Assembly (NCBI GenBank): GCA_030621085.1
Contig: JAUXIJ010000007.1
Span: forward strand, 1,220-65,219
DNA: 64,000 nucleotides
DNA from: Candidatus Cloacimonadota bacterium
GTDB taxonomy: Bacteria; Cloacimonadota; Cloacimonadia; Cloacimonadales; TCS61
Direction of reading: 5' to 3'
The translations under genes and the position numbers were made by a program. Under the pieces are notes generated by a model that was not told the DNA's origin, did no database searches, and was given only the letters and a program-made list of their open reading frames with translations. Of this stretch, positions 19,282 to 28,061 are shown piece by piece (the stretch's first letter is position 1; each line of letters starts with the position of its first letter).

Positions 19282-19283
19282 TT

Positions 19284-20750
19284 ATGAAAACAAAAGAACA
19301 AATATTAGAAAATACAATCAAGCGATGTAGAGAAAAACACATTATCATTCCAACCTATAAACAGATGCGAAACCCGGAATTGATCCCGGAAAAAATCAGG
19401 GCAAAACTGAAAAACATCGGTTTATGGGATTTGAATTCACTGAATATGTTCAGAATAACCTGGAAGAATGAACCGGTTAAATTCGGTGGAGGTTTTGGTG
19501 GAGTCAACTATATCGAACTACCAAAAGAGATTACCGGAGTTAATGCACGCATTTTAATGTTGATCGGGAAATTCTTCCCAACAGGTTCTCATAAAGTGGG
19601 AGCTACATTTGGACCGCTTGTAGAAAAACTGGTAAGCGGTGAATTTGATCCAACCACACAAAAAGCACTCTGGCCTTCCACAGGTAATTACTGCCGCGGT
19701 GGAGCTTATGATTCTTACTTGCTGGGATGTCATTCAATTGCAATTCTACCTGAAGAAATGAGCCAGGAAAGATTCGACTGGCTTCATGAGATCGGAGCAG
19801 AAGTTTATGCTACTCCCGGTTGTGAAAGCAATGTAAAAGAAATTTACGATAAAGCTAAAGAATTATGTCATGCCAGGCAGGATGAGATCGTAAACCTTAA
19901 CCAGTTCAGTGAAATTGGAAACGCACTCTGGCACTATGCTGTCACCGGTCCTGCTATGGAAGAAGTTTTCGATCTTGAGAAAAAAGGCGAACAGAGATTT
20001 AGCGCACTATTCCTCACTCAAGGTTCAGCCGGAACACTTGGTTGTGCCGAATATTTAAGAAAGAAATATCCTACTTTCAAAGTTTGTGCTGGTGAAGCAC
20101 TGCAATGTCCCACTCTTCTTTATAACGGTTATGGTGGTCATCGCATCGAAGGTATTGGTGACAAACATGTTCCCTGGATACATAATATTAAGAATATGGA
20201 TATGGTTGCAGGCATCGATGATGAACCTAATATGCATATCATGAGGCTTTTCAATGAACCAGAAGGAAAAAAATTACTCATAGAGAAAGGTGTTGATCCA
20301 CAGCTTTTGGAAAAACTCGATTTGCTGGGAATATCATCCATCGCTAACCTGATGGGTGCAATTAAAATGGCAAAATATTACGAAATGAATGAAAATGACA
20401 TCATCTTCACAGTTGCTACAGATTCTATGGAAATGTACCAATCACGTACCATAGAAGAACGAGAGCGATTGGGTGAATTTGATAATAAAGCTGCTGAAGT
20501 GGTTTACTCAGCAGATCTGATGGGAATTGGAATAGACCACATGATAGAAATGACTTACTATGAAAAGAGAAGAATGCACAATTTGAAATACTTCACTTGG
20601 ATCGAGCAGCAGGGAAAAACCGTAGAAGAACTGAATGCTCAATGGTATGATGATAATTACTGGAAACATCAGTTAGAGAAGGTTGACCTGTGGGATGAAG
20701 AAATAACTGAATTCAATGAACGAACAGGATTGTTGAAGGAATATGAGTGA
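19284..20750 (+). CDS. fold-type II PLP-dependent enzyme (Trp-synthase-beta/cysteine-synthase superfamily), specific function unknown
   Basis: 488 aa. FPTGSHKVGA (candidate PLP lysine) and STGNYCRGGA. Starts 2 nt after the carbamate kinase stop. Confidence 0.55.
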   Translation: MKTKEQILENTIKRCREKHIIIPTYKQMRNPELIPEKIRAKLKNIGLWDLNSLNMFRITWKNEPVKFGGGFGGVNYIELPKEITGVNARILMLIGKFFPTGSHKVGATFGPLVEKLVSGEFDPTTQKALWPSTGNYCRGGAYDSYLLGCHSIAILPEEMSQERFDWLHEIGAEVYATPGCESNVKEIYDKAKELCHARQDEIVNLNQFSEIGNALWHYAVTGPAMEEVFDLEKKGEQRFSALFLTQGSAGTLGCAEYLRKKYPTFKVCAGEALQCPTLLYNGYGGHRIEGIGDKHVPWIHNIKNMDMVAGIDDEPNMHIMRLFNEPEGKKLLIEKGVDPQLLEKLDLLGISSIANLMGAIKMAKYYEMNENDIIFTVATDSMEMYQSRTIEERERLGEFDNKAAEVVYSADLMGIGIDHMIEMTYYEKRRMHNLKYFTWIEQQGKTVEELNAQWYDDNYWKHQLEKVDLWDEEITEFNERTGLLKEYE

Positions 20751-20757
20751 AAACATT

Positions 20758-20835
20758 AGCCACTGACTTACACAGACAAACACAGACAACTAATATTAAG
20801 TCAGTGTTATTCAGTGAAACTCTGTGGCTTTTTTT
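20758..20835 (+). terminator. REP-type compound hairpin acting as probable terminator
   Basis: Outer stem AGCCAC (20758-20763)/GTGGCT (20824-20829) followed by a T-run. Inner perfect 10-bp stem CACTGACTTA (20761-20770)/TAAGTCAGTG (20797-20806). The loop carries CACAGACAAACACAGAC, a word also seen at 47711-47735. Confidence 0.55.
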
Positions 20836-20844
20836 GGTGAATAA

Positions 20845-22116
20845 ATGAAAGATAACTATTATTTTAAATGCATAACCTGCAGCAAAGAATATTCCCCCGA
20901 TGAAGTTACCTACCTCTGTCCTGCATGTGAAAAAGAAAATGACGGAACTCAACCACCCAAAGGCGTTTTGAAAACTCTTTATGATTACAGGAAAATCAAA
21001 ACCAGTGCAAAAAAGCATAAACTTTTCGATAAACTCAAAGCAAAGGAATATCGGGAACTTTTACCAATCAGTTCTGAAAGGAGTTTGTCTTTTTTAAAAG
21101 TTGGCAAAACTCCGCTTTATGAACTGGATTCCGCTACTATCCCCCTTCGACTTGTCACGGCGAAGTCTCACGAAGACGGAAAGGGGGAATTAAAGGGGGT
21201 TAAGTTCTTCCTCAAAGATGATTCCCAGAATCCAACATTTTCTTTCAAAGACAGAGCTTCCGACCTGGTTTGTGCATTTGCAAAAGAACAGGGCATCAAT
21301 ACCATTGTGGCAGCTTCCACTGGTAATGCAGGTTCTTCTCTGGCTGGGATTTGCGCTTCACAAAAACAGAAAGCAATTATTTTTGCTCCGGTATCTGCAC
21401 CCAAAGCAAAACTTACCCAGATTCTTATGTATGGTGCTCAATTAATTCCCGTGGATGGTTCTTATGATGATGCTTTCGAACTCAGCATCGAAGCTACGAA
21501 GAAGTTTGGCTGGTACAATAGAAATACTGCTTACAATCCCTTTACAATCGAAGGGAAAAAGATCGTTGCTTTTGAAATTTTCCAGCAGATGAAACGTGAA
21601 CTTCCAGACCGGGTTTTTGTTCCAGTAGGTGATGGTTGTATAATTTCAGGTGTTTACAAAGGTTTTGAAGACCTTCTGATGTTAAGTTTAATCGATAAAA
21701 TTCCGACAATTGTGGCGGTACAATCTGAAAAAAGTGATAATATTATCCGCAATCTGGAAAAGGATTCCTTTGTTTCAAAACCCAACGACACAATCGCTGA
21801 TTCTATCGCAGTGGATATTCCACGCAATTTCTGGATGACAAAAAAGTATATCGAACAGTATAAAGGTGAATGGATTTCTGTGAGTGATGAAGAGATAATT
21901 TCAGCTTCCAAAATTCTAAGTGAGAATACAGGAATATTCGCAGAACCAGCAGCAGCAGCCAGTTTTGCAGGAATGCTAAAGTATAGCGGACAAGATAAAA
22001 TTGACGAAAATTCAAAGAATGTTATTTTGCTTACCGGAAGCGGTTTGAAGGATTTGAATGCAGTACAGAGAATAATTGAAATACCGAAGGCGATAAAGAG
22101 TCTGGATGAAATATAA
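20845..22116 (+). CDS. threonine synthase-like PLP enzyme with N-terminal zinc ribbon
   Basis: 423 aa. CITC...CPAC ribbon, NPTFSFKDRAS (PLP-lysine motif of the ThrC family), AASTGNAGSS. Confidence 0.7.
   Translation: MKDNYYFKCITCSKEYSPDEVTYLCPACEKENDGTQPPKGVLKTLYDYRKIKTSAKKHKLFDKLKAKEYRELLPISSERSLSFLKVGKTPLYELDSATIPLRLVTAKSHEDGKGELKGVKFFLKDDSQNPTFSFKDRASDLVCAFAKEQGINTIVAASTGNAGSSLAGICASQKQKAIIFAPVSAPKAKLTQILMYGAQLIPVDGSYDDAFELSIEATKKFGWYNRNTAYNPFTIEGKKIVAFEIFQQMKRELPDRVFVPVGDGCIISGVYKGFEDLLMLSLIDKIPTIVAVQSEKSDNIIRNLEKDSFVSKPNDTIADSIAVDIPRNFWMTKKYIEQYKGEWISVSDEEIISASKILSENTGIFAEPAAAASFAGMLKYSGQDKIDENSKNVILLTGSGLKDLNAVQRIIEIPKAIKSLDEI
21140..21188 (+). repeat. REP-like palindrome inserted in frame inside the thrC-like CDS
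   Basis: TCCCCCTT (21140-21147)/AAGGGGGA (21181-21188) bound a 33-nt core (21149-21181) that matches the intergenic element at 7108-7140 at 26/33 positions. It encodes part of ...IPLRLVTAKSHEDGKGE... Confidence 0.6.
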
Positions 22117-22141
22117 CCGCGGTTAGTAAATGGAGAATTCA

Positions 22142-24298
22142 ATGAAATCCATCAGAAAAATTGATGCTATCCCAAAACTAAATGGTTCCTGGAAATTTTT
22201 AGATGATTACTCATATGAAGAAATGATACACGGTCAATTGCTCTATTCTACCTGTCATCACGGTTTTATCAAGAAGATCGCTTTCCCCGATGGTTACAAT
22301 CTTTCCGAATTCACAATGGTTTCTGCAAAAGATATTCCGGGTGAAAATATAGTCCCGGAACCGGAATGTGATCAGCCGTTCATGGCAGAGAAAGAAGTTT
22401 TCCATTTCGGTCAGGTGATCATGGGGATTGCTCATCCTGACAGAAAACTACTGCGCGAATTCATCAGTAATACCAAAATCGAATACGAAGAACTTTCTGC
22501 TATTATCGACATAAAAGAATGTTTGGAAAACCAAAAAAATGCATTCGGAAGAGAACTGACAATCGATCACCGGACAGGCAAAAAACCAGATCCGAACTGG
22601 ATTCATCATCATAAAATTTATTATACTCCCCACCAGGAGCAGGCTTACCTGGAACCGCAGGGTATGATTGCTGTCTGGCAGCCGGAAGATAAGATCATGT
22701 TCGTTCGAGCTACCTGTCAGTGTCCGTTTTTTGTAAAAGAAGGTGTGGAAACAATTATGAGTGACACCATCAAAGAAGCTGTCATTGAAACTTCAGAAGG
22801 GATCGGGGGAGCGTTTGGCGGAAAGGAAGATTTTCCAAGTTTATTAGCTGGAATCACATCACTTCTTTCCTATAAAAGCGGCAAACCCGTAAAGATAGTT
22901 TTAGAAAGAGAAGATGATATTCAAATAACAACCAAGCGTCATCCTGCCAGGATTGAGATCAATTCATGGACTGATCCTGAAACCAAAAAGATCATGAAGA
23001 TAGATATCGATTACAGACTGGATGCCGGAGCATATCAAACGCTTTCCCCGGTAGTTTTGGCACGTGGAGTTCTTCATGCCATCAGCGGTTACTGTATTCC
23101 CGATGCTTTTATTCGGGGAAGACTGTTCCGCAGTAATACTCCATCCAATGGAGCTTTCCGTGGATTTGGTGCACCCCAGGCTTTTGCTGCCATGGAAGCA
23201 CATATCGATGATATTGCTGCAAACTTAAAAGTTAATCCTTATGAATTCCGGAAAATAAATATCTTCAAGAGCGGTGATGAATTTCCTACAACCCAACCAA
23301 TATTGGAAGACCATCTTTCCGATTGCCTGGAATGTGTGATCGAAAAATCGAATTATTTAAACAAACTAAAAGAATTCAAAGAGTGGAACAAAACCCACAA
23401 AGATAAAAAAGGAATTGGAATTTCTATTGGATATCACGGTGGAGGATATACAGGCAACGGCGAGAAAGTTCTTAATTCAGAAGTGAAAGTAGTTATCAAA
23501 AAAGATGCTACAGTAATGATATTCGTTGCCAATACCGATATGGGACAGGGAGCGCATACAACTCTTGCCCAGATGTTTTTTGAGGCAATAGATCATCCAC
23601 GAGAAAAATGCCTGGTTCAACTTCCAAATACCAGCAAAACACCCAATAGCGGTCCAACCGTTGCATCCAGAACAATTTATATCATTGGTAACCTGCTTCG
23701 TAAATTTGCATTTAAGATCAAAGATGAACTCGGATTTGAAAATCTTGAGGATTATGTTGCATCCAATCAAAATGAATTTCCTCGTGAATTCAGGATGAAT
23801 TTCGTCCAGGATCCATCTGTTGTTTTTGATGACGAAAATTATGTGGGTGTAGCTTATAAAGATTATTCATGGGCTGCCTGTGTTACCGAAATATATTATC
23901 ATGCAGATACATATCAAATTGAATTAACAAAAAACTGGAGTGTAATGGATATTGGGAAAGTGGTGAATCAAAAGATCGCTACAGGTCAGGCAGAAGGTGG
24001 TGTTTTACAGGGACTTGCTTACGGACTTTGTGAATTTTTCTACAAACCCGGTTATGGCAGGATGCATGGTTTCACCGATTACGCACTTCCTACAACAATG
24101 GATATTCCTGAGATCAATATTGAATTCATTCATACTGATACCCCGATTGCCAAAGGTCTTGGTGAGATCCCAATGGATTTCCCTGCACCTTCTGTAAGGA
24201 ATGCTTTCCATAATGCTACAGGGGTTTTTATCGATGAGATCCCTCTGATCCCGGAAAGAATTCTTGGATCAATTAAGAATTTAGAATTAGGAATTTAA
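22142..24298 (+). CDS. XDH-family molybdopterin-binding subunit (second paralogue)
   Basis: About 718 aa. GGAFGGKED, AFRGFGAPQ and GLGEIP. ATG 22142 is preceded by GGAGA; an alternative ATG lies at 22130. Confidence 0.8.
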   Translation: MKSIRKIDAIPKLNGSWKFLDDYSYEEMIHGQLLYSTCHHGFIKKIAFPDGYNLSEFTMVSAKDIPGENIVPEPECDQPFMAEKEVFHFGQVIMGIAHPDRKLLREFISNTKIEYEELSAIIDIKECLENQKNAFGRELTIDHRTGKKPDPNWIHHHKIYYTPHQEQAYLEPQGMIAVWQPEDKIMFVRATCQCPFFVKEGVETIMSDTIKEAVIETSEGIGGAFGGKEDFPSLLAGITSLLSYKSGKPVKIVLEREDDIQITTKRHPARIEINSWTDPETKKIMKIDIDYRLDAGAYQTLSPVVLARGVLHAISGYCIPDAFIRGRLFRSNTPSNGAFRGFGAPQAFAAMEAHIDDIAANLKVNPYEFRKINIFKSGDEFPTTQPILEDHLSDCLECVIEKSNYLNKLKEFKEWNKTHKDKKGIGISIGYHGGGYTGNGEKVLNSEVKVVIKKDATVMIFVANTDMGQGAHTTLAQMFFEAIDHPREKCLVQLPNTSKTPNSGPTVASRTIYIIGNLLRKFAFKIKDELGFENLEDYVASNQNEFPREFRMNFVQDPSVVFDDENYVGVAYKDYSWAACVTEIYYHADTYQIELTKNWSVMDIGKVVNQKIATGQAEGGVLQGLAYGLCEFFYKPGYGRMHGFTDYALPTTMDIPEINIEFIHTDTPIAKGLGEIPMDFPAPSVRNAFHNATGVFIDEIPLIPERILGSIKNLELGI

Positions 24299-24682
24299 TG
24301 AAACAAAATAATGTAATTGTAGAAAAAACTTACAAATTCGCAATTAGAATAATTCATTTATATCAATATCTAAAAGAAGAAAAAAAAGAATATGTTATTT
24401 CAAAACAGGTACTTAGATGTGGAACTTCAATTGGTGCAAATATTGAAGAAGCCATAGGTGCTCAATCAGATAGAGATTTTTTTGCTAAGATTTCAATATC
24501 TTATAAAGAAGCTCGAGAAACGAAATATTGGATTCGATTATTGAGGGATACCGATTATATTTCATCAAATCAAGCAGAATCGCTAATAAATGATTGTGAA
24601 GAATTGTTAAAAATTATTGGTAGTATTCGAAAATTTCTTTTATCAAAAATGAGTCTTAATTCTTAATTCAAATTTCTTAATT
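24271..24682 (+). mobile_element. four-helix-bundle gene cassette bounded by 25-bp imperfect inverted repeats
   Basis: Left AATTAAGAATTTAGAATTAGGAATT (24271-24295). The reverse complement of the right arm (24658-24682) is AATTAAGAAATTTGAATTAAGAATT, giving 22/25 identical. The left arm encodes the last codons (IKNLELGI) and the stop of the upstream Mo-subunit gene. Confidence 0.5.
24298..24666 (+). CDS. four-helix-bundle protein (23S rRNA intervening-sequence protein family; Avd-like)
   Basis: 122 aa. QVLRCGTSIGANIEEAIGAQSDRDFFAKISISYKEARETKYW matches the family signature. The start overlaps the upstream stop (TAATG). Confidence 0.85.
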   Translation: MKQNNVIVEKTYKFAIRIIHLYQYLKEEKKEYVISKQVLRCGTSIGANIEEAIGAQSDRDFFAKISISYKEARETKYWIRLLRDTDYISSNQAESLINDCEELLKIIGSIRKFLLSKMSLNS

Positions 24683-24698
24683 TTAATAAGGATATGAT

Positions 24699-25157
24699 AT
24701 GAAGGTTAGCTTCAAATTAAACAATAAAAATGTAACAATAAATACAGACCCGATGCGAAGATTACTGGATATTTTGCGCGAAGATTTTAATCTGCTGGGA
24801 ACCAAAGAAAGTTGCGGTGAAGGTGAATGCGGAGCTTGCACTGTCCTTTTAGATGGAAAACCTGTAACCAGTTGCCTTGTCAACGCAGTTCACATCGATG
24901 GAAAAGAAGTAATGACACCGGAAGGAATTGCACAAGAACCACTTGGAAAACTGCTGATAGATTGTTTTGATGAAACGAATGCCGTGCAATGCGGTTTCTG
25001 TTTCCCGGGATTTCTGGTCACATCCTATCACTACTTAAAAACAGATGGCGAAAAGAATCTAAATAAAATAAAGAAAGCACTTTCCGGAAATATCTGCCGC
25101 TGTACGGGTTATCAAAAAATATTTGAATCCGTGATGCTGGCTTGTGAAAGAAACTAA
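24699..25157 (+). CDS. (2Fe-2S)-binding small subunit (second XDH-family enzyme)
   Basis: SCGEGECGACTV, CGFCFPGF, CRCTGY. Confidence 0.85.
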   Translation: MKVSFKLNNKNVTINTDPMRRLLDILREDFNLLGTKESCGEGECGACTVLLDGKPVTSCLVNAVHIDGKEVMTPEGIAQEPLGKLLIDCFDETNAVQCGFCFPGFLVTSYHYLKTDGEKNLNKIKKALSGNICRCTGYQKIFESVMLACERN

Positions 25158-25222
25158 AAATTTCTACTTTGGGAACGAATTTTGCAGGATAAATATACGT
25201 GTGGAATAAATTAGGATAAAAT

Positions 25223-26059
25223 ATGAAGTTTATTAAACCGGAAAACATTGATAGTCTATTAGAAAACCTGGAAGATAATAAGGGAAGAACTTATTTTCTT
25301 GCAGGTGGAACAGATCTGAATGTTCAAATAAAAAATGGCATAATTCGTAATCCGAATATTATTTATATAAATCATCTTTCTGAACTTAATGGTATAAATG
25401 CAGCAAACGGCAGTATTATTATCGGTGCTACAACCAGTTTCCATGAAATTCTGGAATCTAAAATAATTCGTCTTCATTTACCTTTTTTCCAGAAATCATT
25501 AGAATCTTTTGCATCTCCACTCTTACAAAACAGTGCCACAATCGGTGGTAACATTGCTAATGGCTCACCAACAGCAGACGTCGTGCCACTACTTCTTATA
25601 TTGGATGCTGAAATTGAATTATCGTCAAAAACACGAAACCGATCAATTTATCTCAAAGATTTTTTTAATGGTTATAAACAAAATGTGATGGAATCTAATG
25701 AAATAATTACAAAGATCATAATCAATAAAAGTGCAGAGAAAAATTTTATTACTTTTTACGAGAAGGTTGGATCCAGAAAAGCCCTTGCTATCTCCAAAGT
25801 CTCATTAGCAGGAATGAAAAGAGTATCCGGGTATAAAATAACCATGATTAAATTATCGGTTGGCAGCATAAATGAATATCCGCGCAGATTATTCAAAGTG
25901 GAAGATTATTTAACTGATAAAACTGCTTCCGAGATAGATTTTACAAAAGTAGAAGAATTATTGGACAAAGAAATAACGCCTATTACCGATCTTCGTTCTG
26001 ATAAAGAATATCGCTATCATGTTTGCGTAAATCTTATCAGGACATTTATAAATCAGTGA
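25223..26059 (+). CDS. FAD-binding subunit (XdhB/YgfM/CoxM-like) of the second XDH-family enzyme
   Basis: 278 aa. FLAGGTDLNVQ and ATIGGNIANGSPTADVVPLL. Confidence 0.8.
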   Translation: MKFIKPENIDSLLENLEDNKGRTYFLAGGTDLNVQIKNGIIRNPNIIYINHLSELNGINAANGSIIIGATTSFHEILESKIIRLHLPFFQKSLESFASPLLQNSATIGGNIANGSPTADVVPLLLILDAEIELSSKTRNRSIYLKDFFNGYKQNVMESNEIITKIIINKSAEKNFITFYEKVGSRKALAISKVSLAGMKRVSGYKITMIKLSVGSINEYPRRLFKVEDYLTDKTASEIDFTKVEELLDKEITPITDLRSDKEYRYHVCVNLIRTFINQ

Positions 26060-26252
26060 TTTCAACCTTGAAAAGGCTTCTTTCAAAAACTCTTCTTGCT
26101 TAGCACTTTCAAGGTTACTTTCCTGAACATTTTTCGCCTTTCTAACCCTTGCTATTTCATCCTTGACAAAAAGAGCACTCTGCGCAATCAGATATTTAAA
26201 GTCTGGTAGATATAAATTATCGAGCCATGTGCTCTTATGGAGGAAAGCGAAG

Positions 26253-26525
26253 ATGAATATTTATGTAGGCAATCTGTCTTATAAGATGACGGATGAAGAT
26301 CTGGGAAAATTGTTCACGCCTTTCGGTGATGTGTCGGTATGCAAAGTTATTCTCGACAGAAATTCCGGACGTTCAAAAGGATTTGGATTTGTTGAAATGC
26401 CAAATCAGGCAGAAGGTGAAGAAGCAATCAAACAACTCGATGGTAAAGAGATCGATGAGAGAAACATTAAAGTAAACGTTGCTAAACCCAGGAATGATAA
26501 ACCACGTAGAAAACAGCGATATTAA
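26253..26525 (+). CDS. RRM-type RNA-binding protein
   Basis: NIYVGNLSY (RNP2) and KGFGFVEM (RNP1). ATG 26253 is preceded by GGAGGA; the ORF-track start at 26163 is an upstream extension. Confidence 0.85.
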   Translation: MNIYVGNLSYKMTDEDLGKLFTPFGDVSVCKVILDRNSGRSKGFGFVEMPNQAEGEEAIKQLDGKEIDERNIKVNVAKPRNDKPRRKQRY

Positions 26526-26552
26526 GAAATTGAATTCTTGATATTTTTATTT

Positions 26553-26590
26553 CCGTTCCGGAGAACTAAACAGTTTTTCGGAACGGTTTC
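26553..26590 (+). terminator. hairpin terminator after the RRM gene
   Basis: Perfect 8-bp stem CCGTTCCG (26553-26560)/CGGAACGG (26579-26586) followed by a short TTTC tail. The loop is long (18 nt) and the U-tail is weak. Confidence 0.4.
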
Positions 26591-26629
26591 TGTAAATCTG
26601 TAAAAAAATGACTAATTAAGGATGAAAAA

Positions 26630-26815
26630 TTGGCTAAAAAAAATTATCAGTATGAAAAACGTCAAAAAGAATTAGCAAAGAAGAAAAAGAAGGAAGAAAA
26701 ACGTCTGAAAAAGTTAAATAGAACTTTAGGTACTGACGAAGAAAATTCAGAGATAATCAGCGAAGATGTAGAAAATGCTGAAAATGAAGCTGAAATAACA
26801 GACGATGATATTTAA
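26630..26815 (+). CDS. small Lys/Glu-rich hypothetical protein
   Basis: 61-aa ORF with a TTG start 8 nt after AAGGA. Basic N-terminal half and acidic C-terminal half. No recognisable motif. Confidence 0.3.
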   Translation: MAKKNYQYEKRQKELAKKKKKEEKRLKKLNRTLGTDEENSEIISEDVENAENEAEITDDDI

Positions 26816-26844
26816 TTAGAATCCCAGCCCTGAAGAATTAGCAA

Positions 26845-26943
26845 GACTTGACTCGCAATGATCCGGCAGTAGCCGGAGAATGTAAGTCGAGGATCGCAGG
26901 CTGGTTGTTCTCGACTCAACGATTTCATCTTTCGAGTCAAGTC
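26845..26943. ncRNA. candidate structured RNA or recombination site (three-way junction), class unknown
   Basis: Perfect 11-bp closing stem GACTTGACTCG (26845-26855)/CGAGTCAAGTC (26933-26943) encloses two hairpins: TCCGG/CCGGA (26862-26877) and GTCGAG/CTCGAC (26886-26915). Sits at the boundary between core genes and the AbiE islet. Strand undetermined. Confidence 0.3.
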
Positions 26944-27050
26944 CAACCTAGCAACTTACTTTTATCCTATTTTCCTTTTCTCTGCAACCCCTGTTTTCCA
27001 CATGTCCCGGCGTAGTAGGAAACGAAGCCGGATATTTCACACCGCTAATT

Positions 27051-27096
27051 TATTTTCTGATTGACAGTTATCATTAATTTCCACAGTTTCGGTTTT
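27051..27096 (+). repeat. 46-bp direct repeat with TTGACA box, copy A (upstream of abiEi)
   Basis: TATTTTCTGATTGACAGTTATCATTAATTTCCACAGTTTCGGTTTT against copy B at 28972-29017. About 40 of 46 positions are identical. Confidence 0.8.
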
Positions 27097-27239
27097 AGAA
27101 ATGAATATTGAAATGAAAATTTTACATAATTAGAAAAAGGGAAAGAGAATAAGCAGTATATCATGAAGATAAAATTGTATCACCCCATAATATTTATGTT
27201 TCATATCATGGCAGTAAGGACTGCGCTGACAATTGAACT

Positions 27240-28061
27240 ATGAAACATAAATATATCTCAACACAATCCAATAAGCTATTATCCTATTTTAATGGATTAG
27301 ATCAGCCATGTTTCAGCAATTTAGAAGCTTTGAAAGCTTTATCTGATTCATCAAAAAATGCTGTAAAGCAACTTCTTAGTGATATGACAAGAAGAGGTTT
27401 GCTAATGAGAGTAAAAGAGGGTATTTACTATACTATTCCATATGAGCAAGAACCGGAATCATATATGCCCGACTGGCATTTACTGGCAGAATATTTAGTA
27501 AAAGGTGCTGAGCATTATATTGGATACTACTCCGCACTTCAAATACATAATCTAATCACACAACCATCAATTAAGGAACAAATTGTAGTCGCAAAACAAA
27601 TTCGACCATCTACAATTAAAATAAAAAATATCCCATTTCAATTCATTTACTATAGCAAAAAACACTTTTTTGGCTTTAAAAAAATCTGGATTGATGATTT
27701 CCATAAAGTTAAATGTTCAGATTTAGAGAAGACAATTATTGATTGTCTGTTCAAACCCGATTATGCGGGTGGAATTGTAGAAATTGCTCGAGCAATTTAT
27801 GTTTCAAAAGACAAGATTAAGTATGACCGTCTAATTAAATATACACAACGATTTCAATCTCAAGCAGTTATTAAACGTCTTGGATTCTTACTTGAAACAC
27901 TCGAAATCCATCACCCTATTATTGATGAACTTATTGACAGAAAATCAGCCTCTTATGTACTTCTTGACACAGAATTACCTAAACAGGGAAAGCGATTGAG
28001 CAGGTGGAGAATTCAGCAGAATATAGACACAGAAACAATTAAATCGGCTATTTATACATGA
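27240..28061 (+). CDS. abiEi: AbiEi-type antitoxin / transcriptional regulator (type IV TA, abortive infection)
   Basis: 273 aa. N-terminal wHTH-like LLSDMTRRGLLMRVKEGIYY. 4-nt ATGA overlap with the downstream AbiEii gene. Confidence 0.75.
   Translation: MKHKYISTQSNKLLSYFNGLDQPCFSNLEALKALSDSSKNAVKQLLSDMTRRGLLMRVKEGIYYTIPYEQEPESYMPDWHLLAEYLVKGAEHYIGYYSALQIHNLITQPSIKEQIVVAKQIRPSTIKIKNIPFQFIYYSKKHFFGFKKIWIDDFHKVKCSDLEKTIIDCLFKPDYAGGIVEIARAIYVSKDKIKYDRLIKYTQRFQSQAVIKRLGFLLETLEIHHPIIDELIDRKSASYVLLDTELPKQGKRLSRWRIQQNIDTETIKSAIYT

Noticed and set aside
16809-24666. Four-helix-bundle proteins as Avd components of a diversity-generating retroelement
   Set aside because: The window has no reverse transcriptase gene, and I found no template/variable repeat pair with adenine-specific differences.
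26845-26943. Hammerhead ribozyme, or purine or other known riboswitch, for the three-way junction
   Set aside because: The junction strands (CAATGA, GAATGTAA, TCAACG...) do not match the hammerhead CUGAUGA/GAAA core or the purine-riboswitch junction consensus on either strand.
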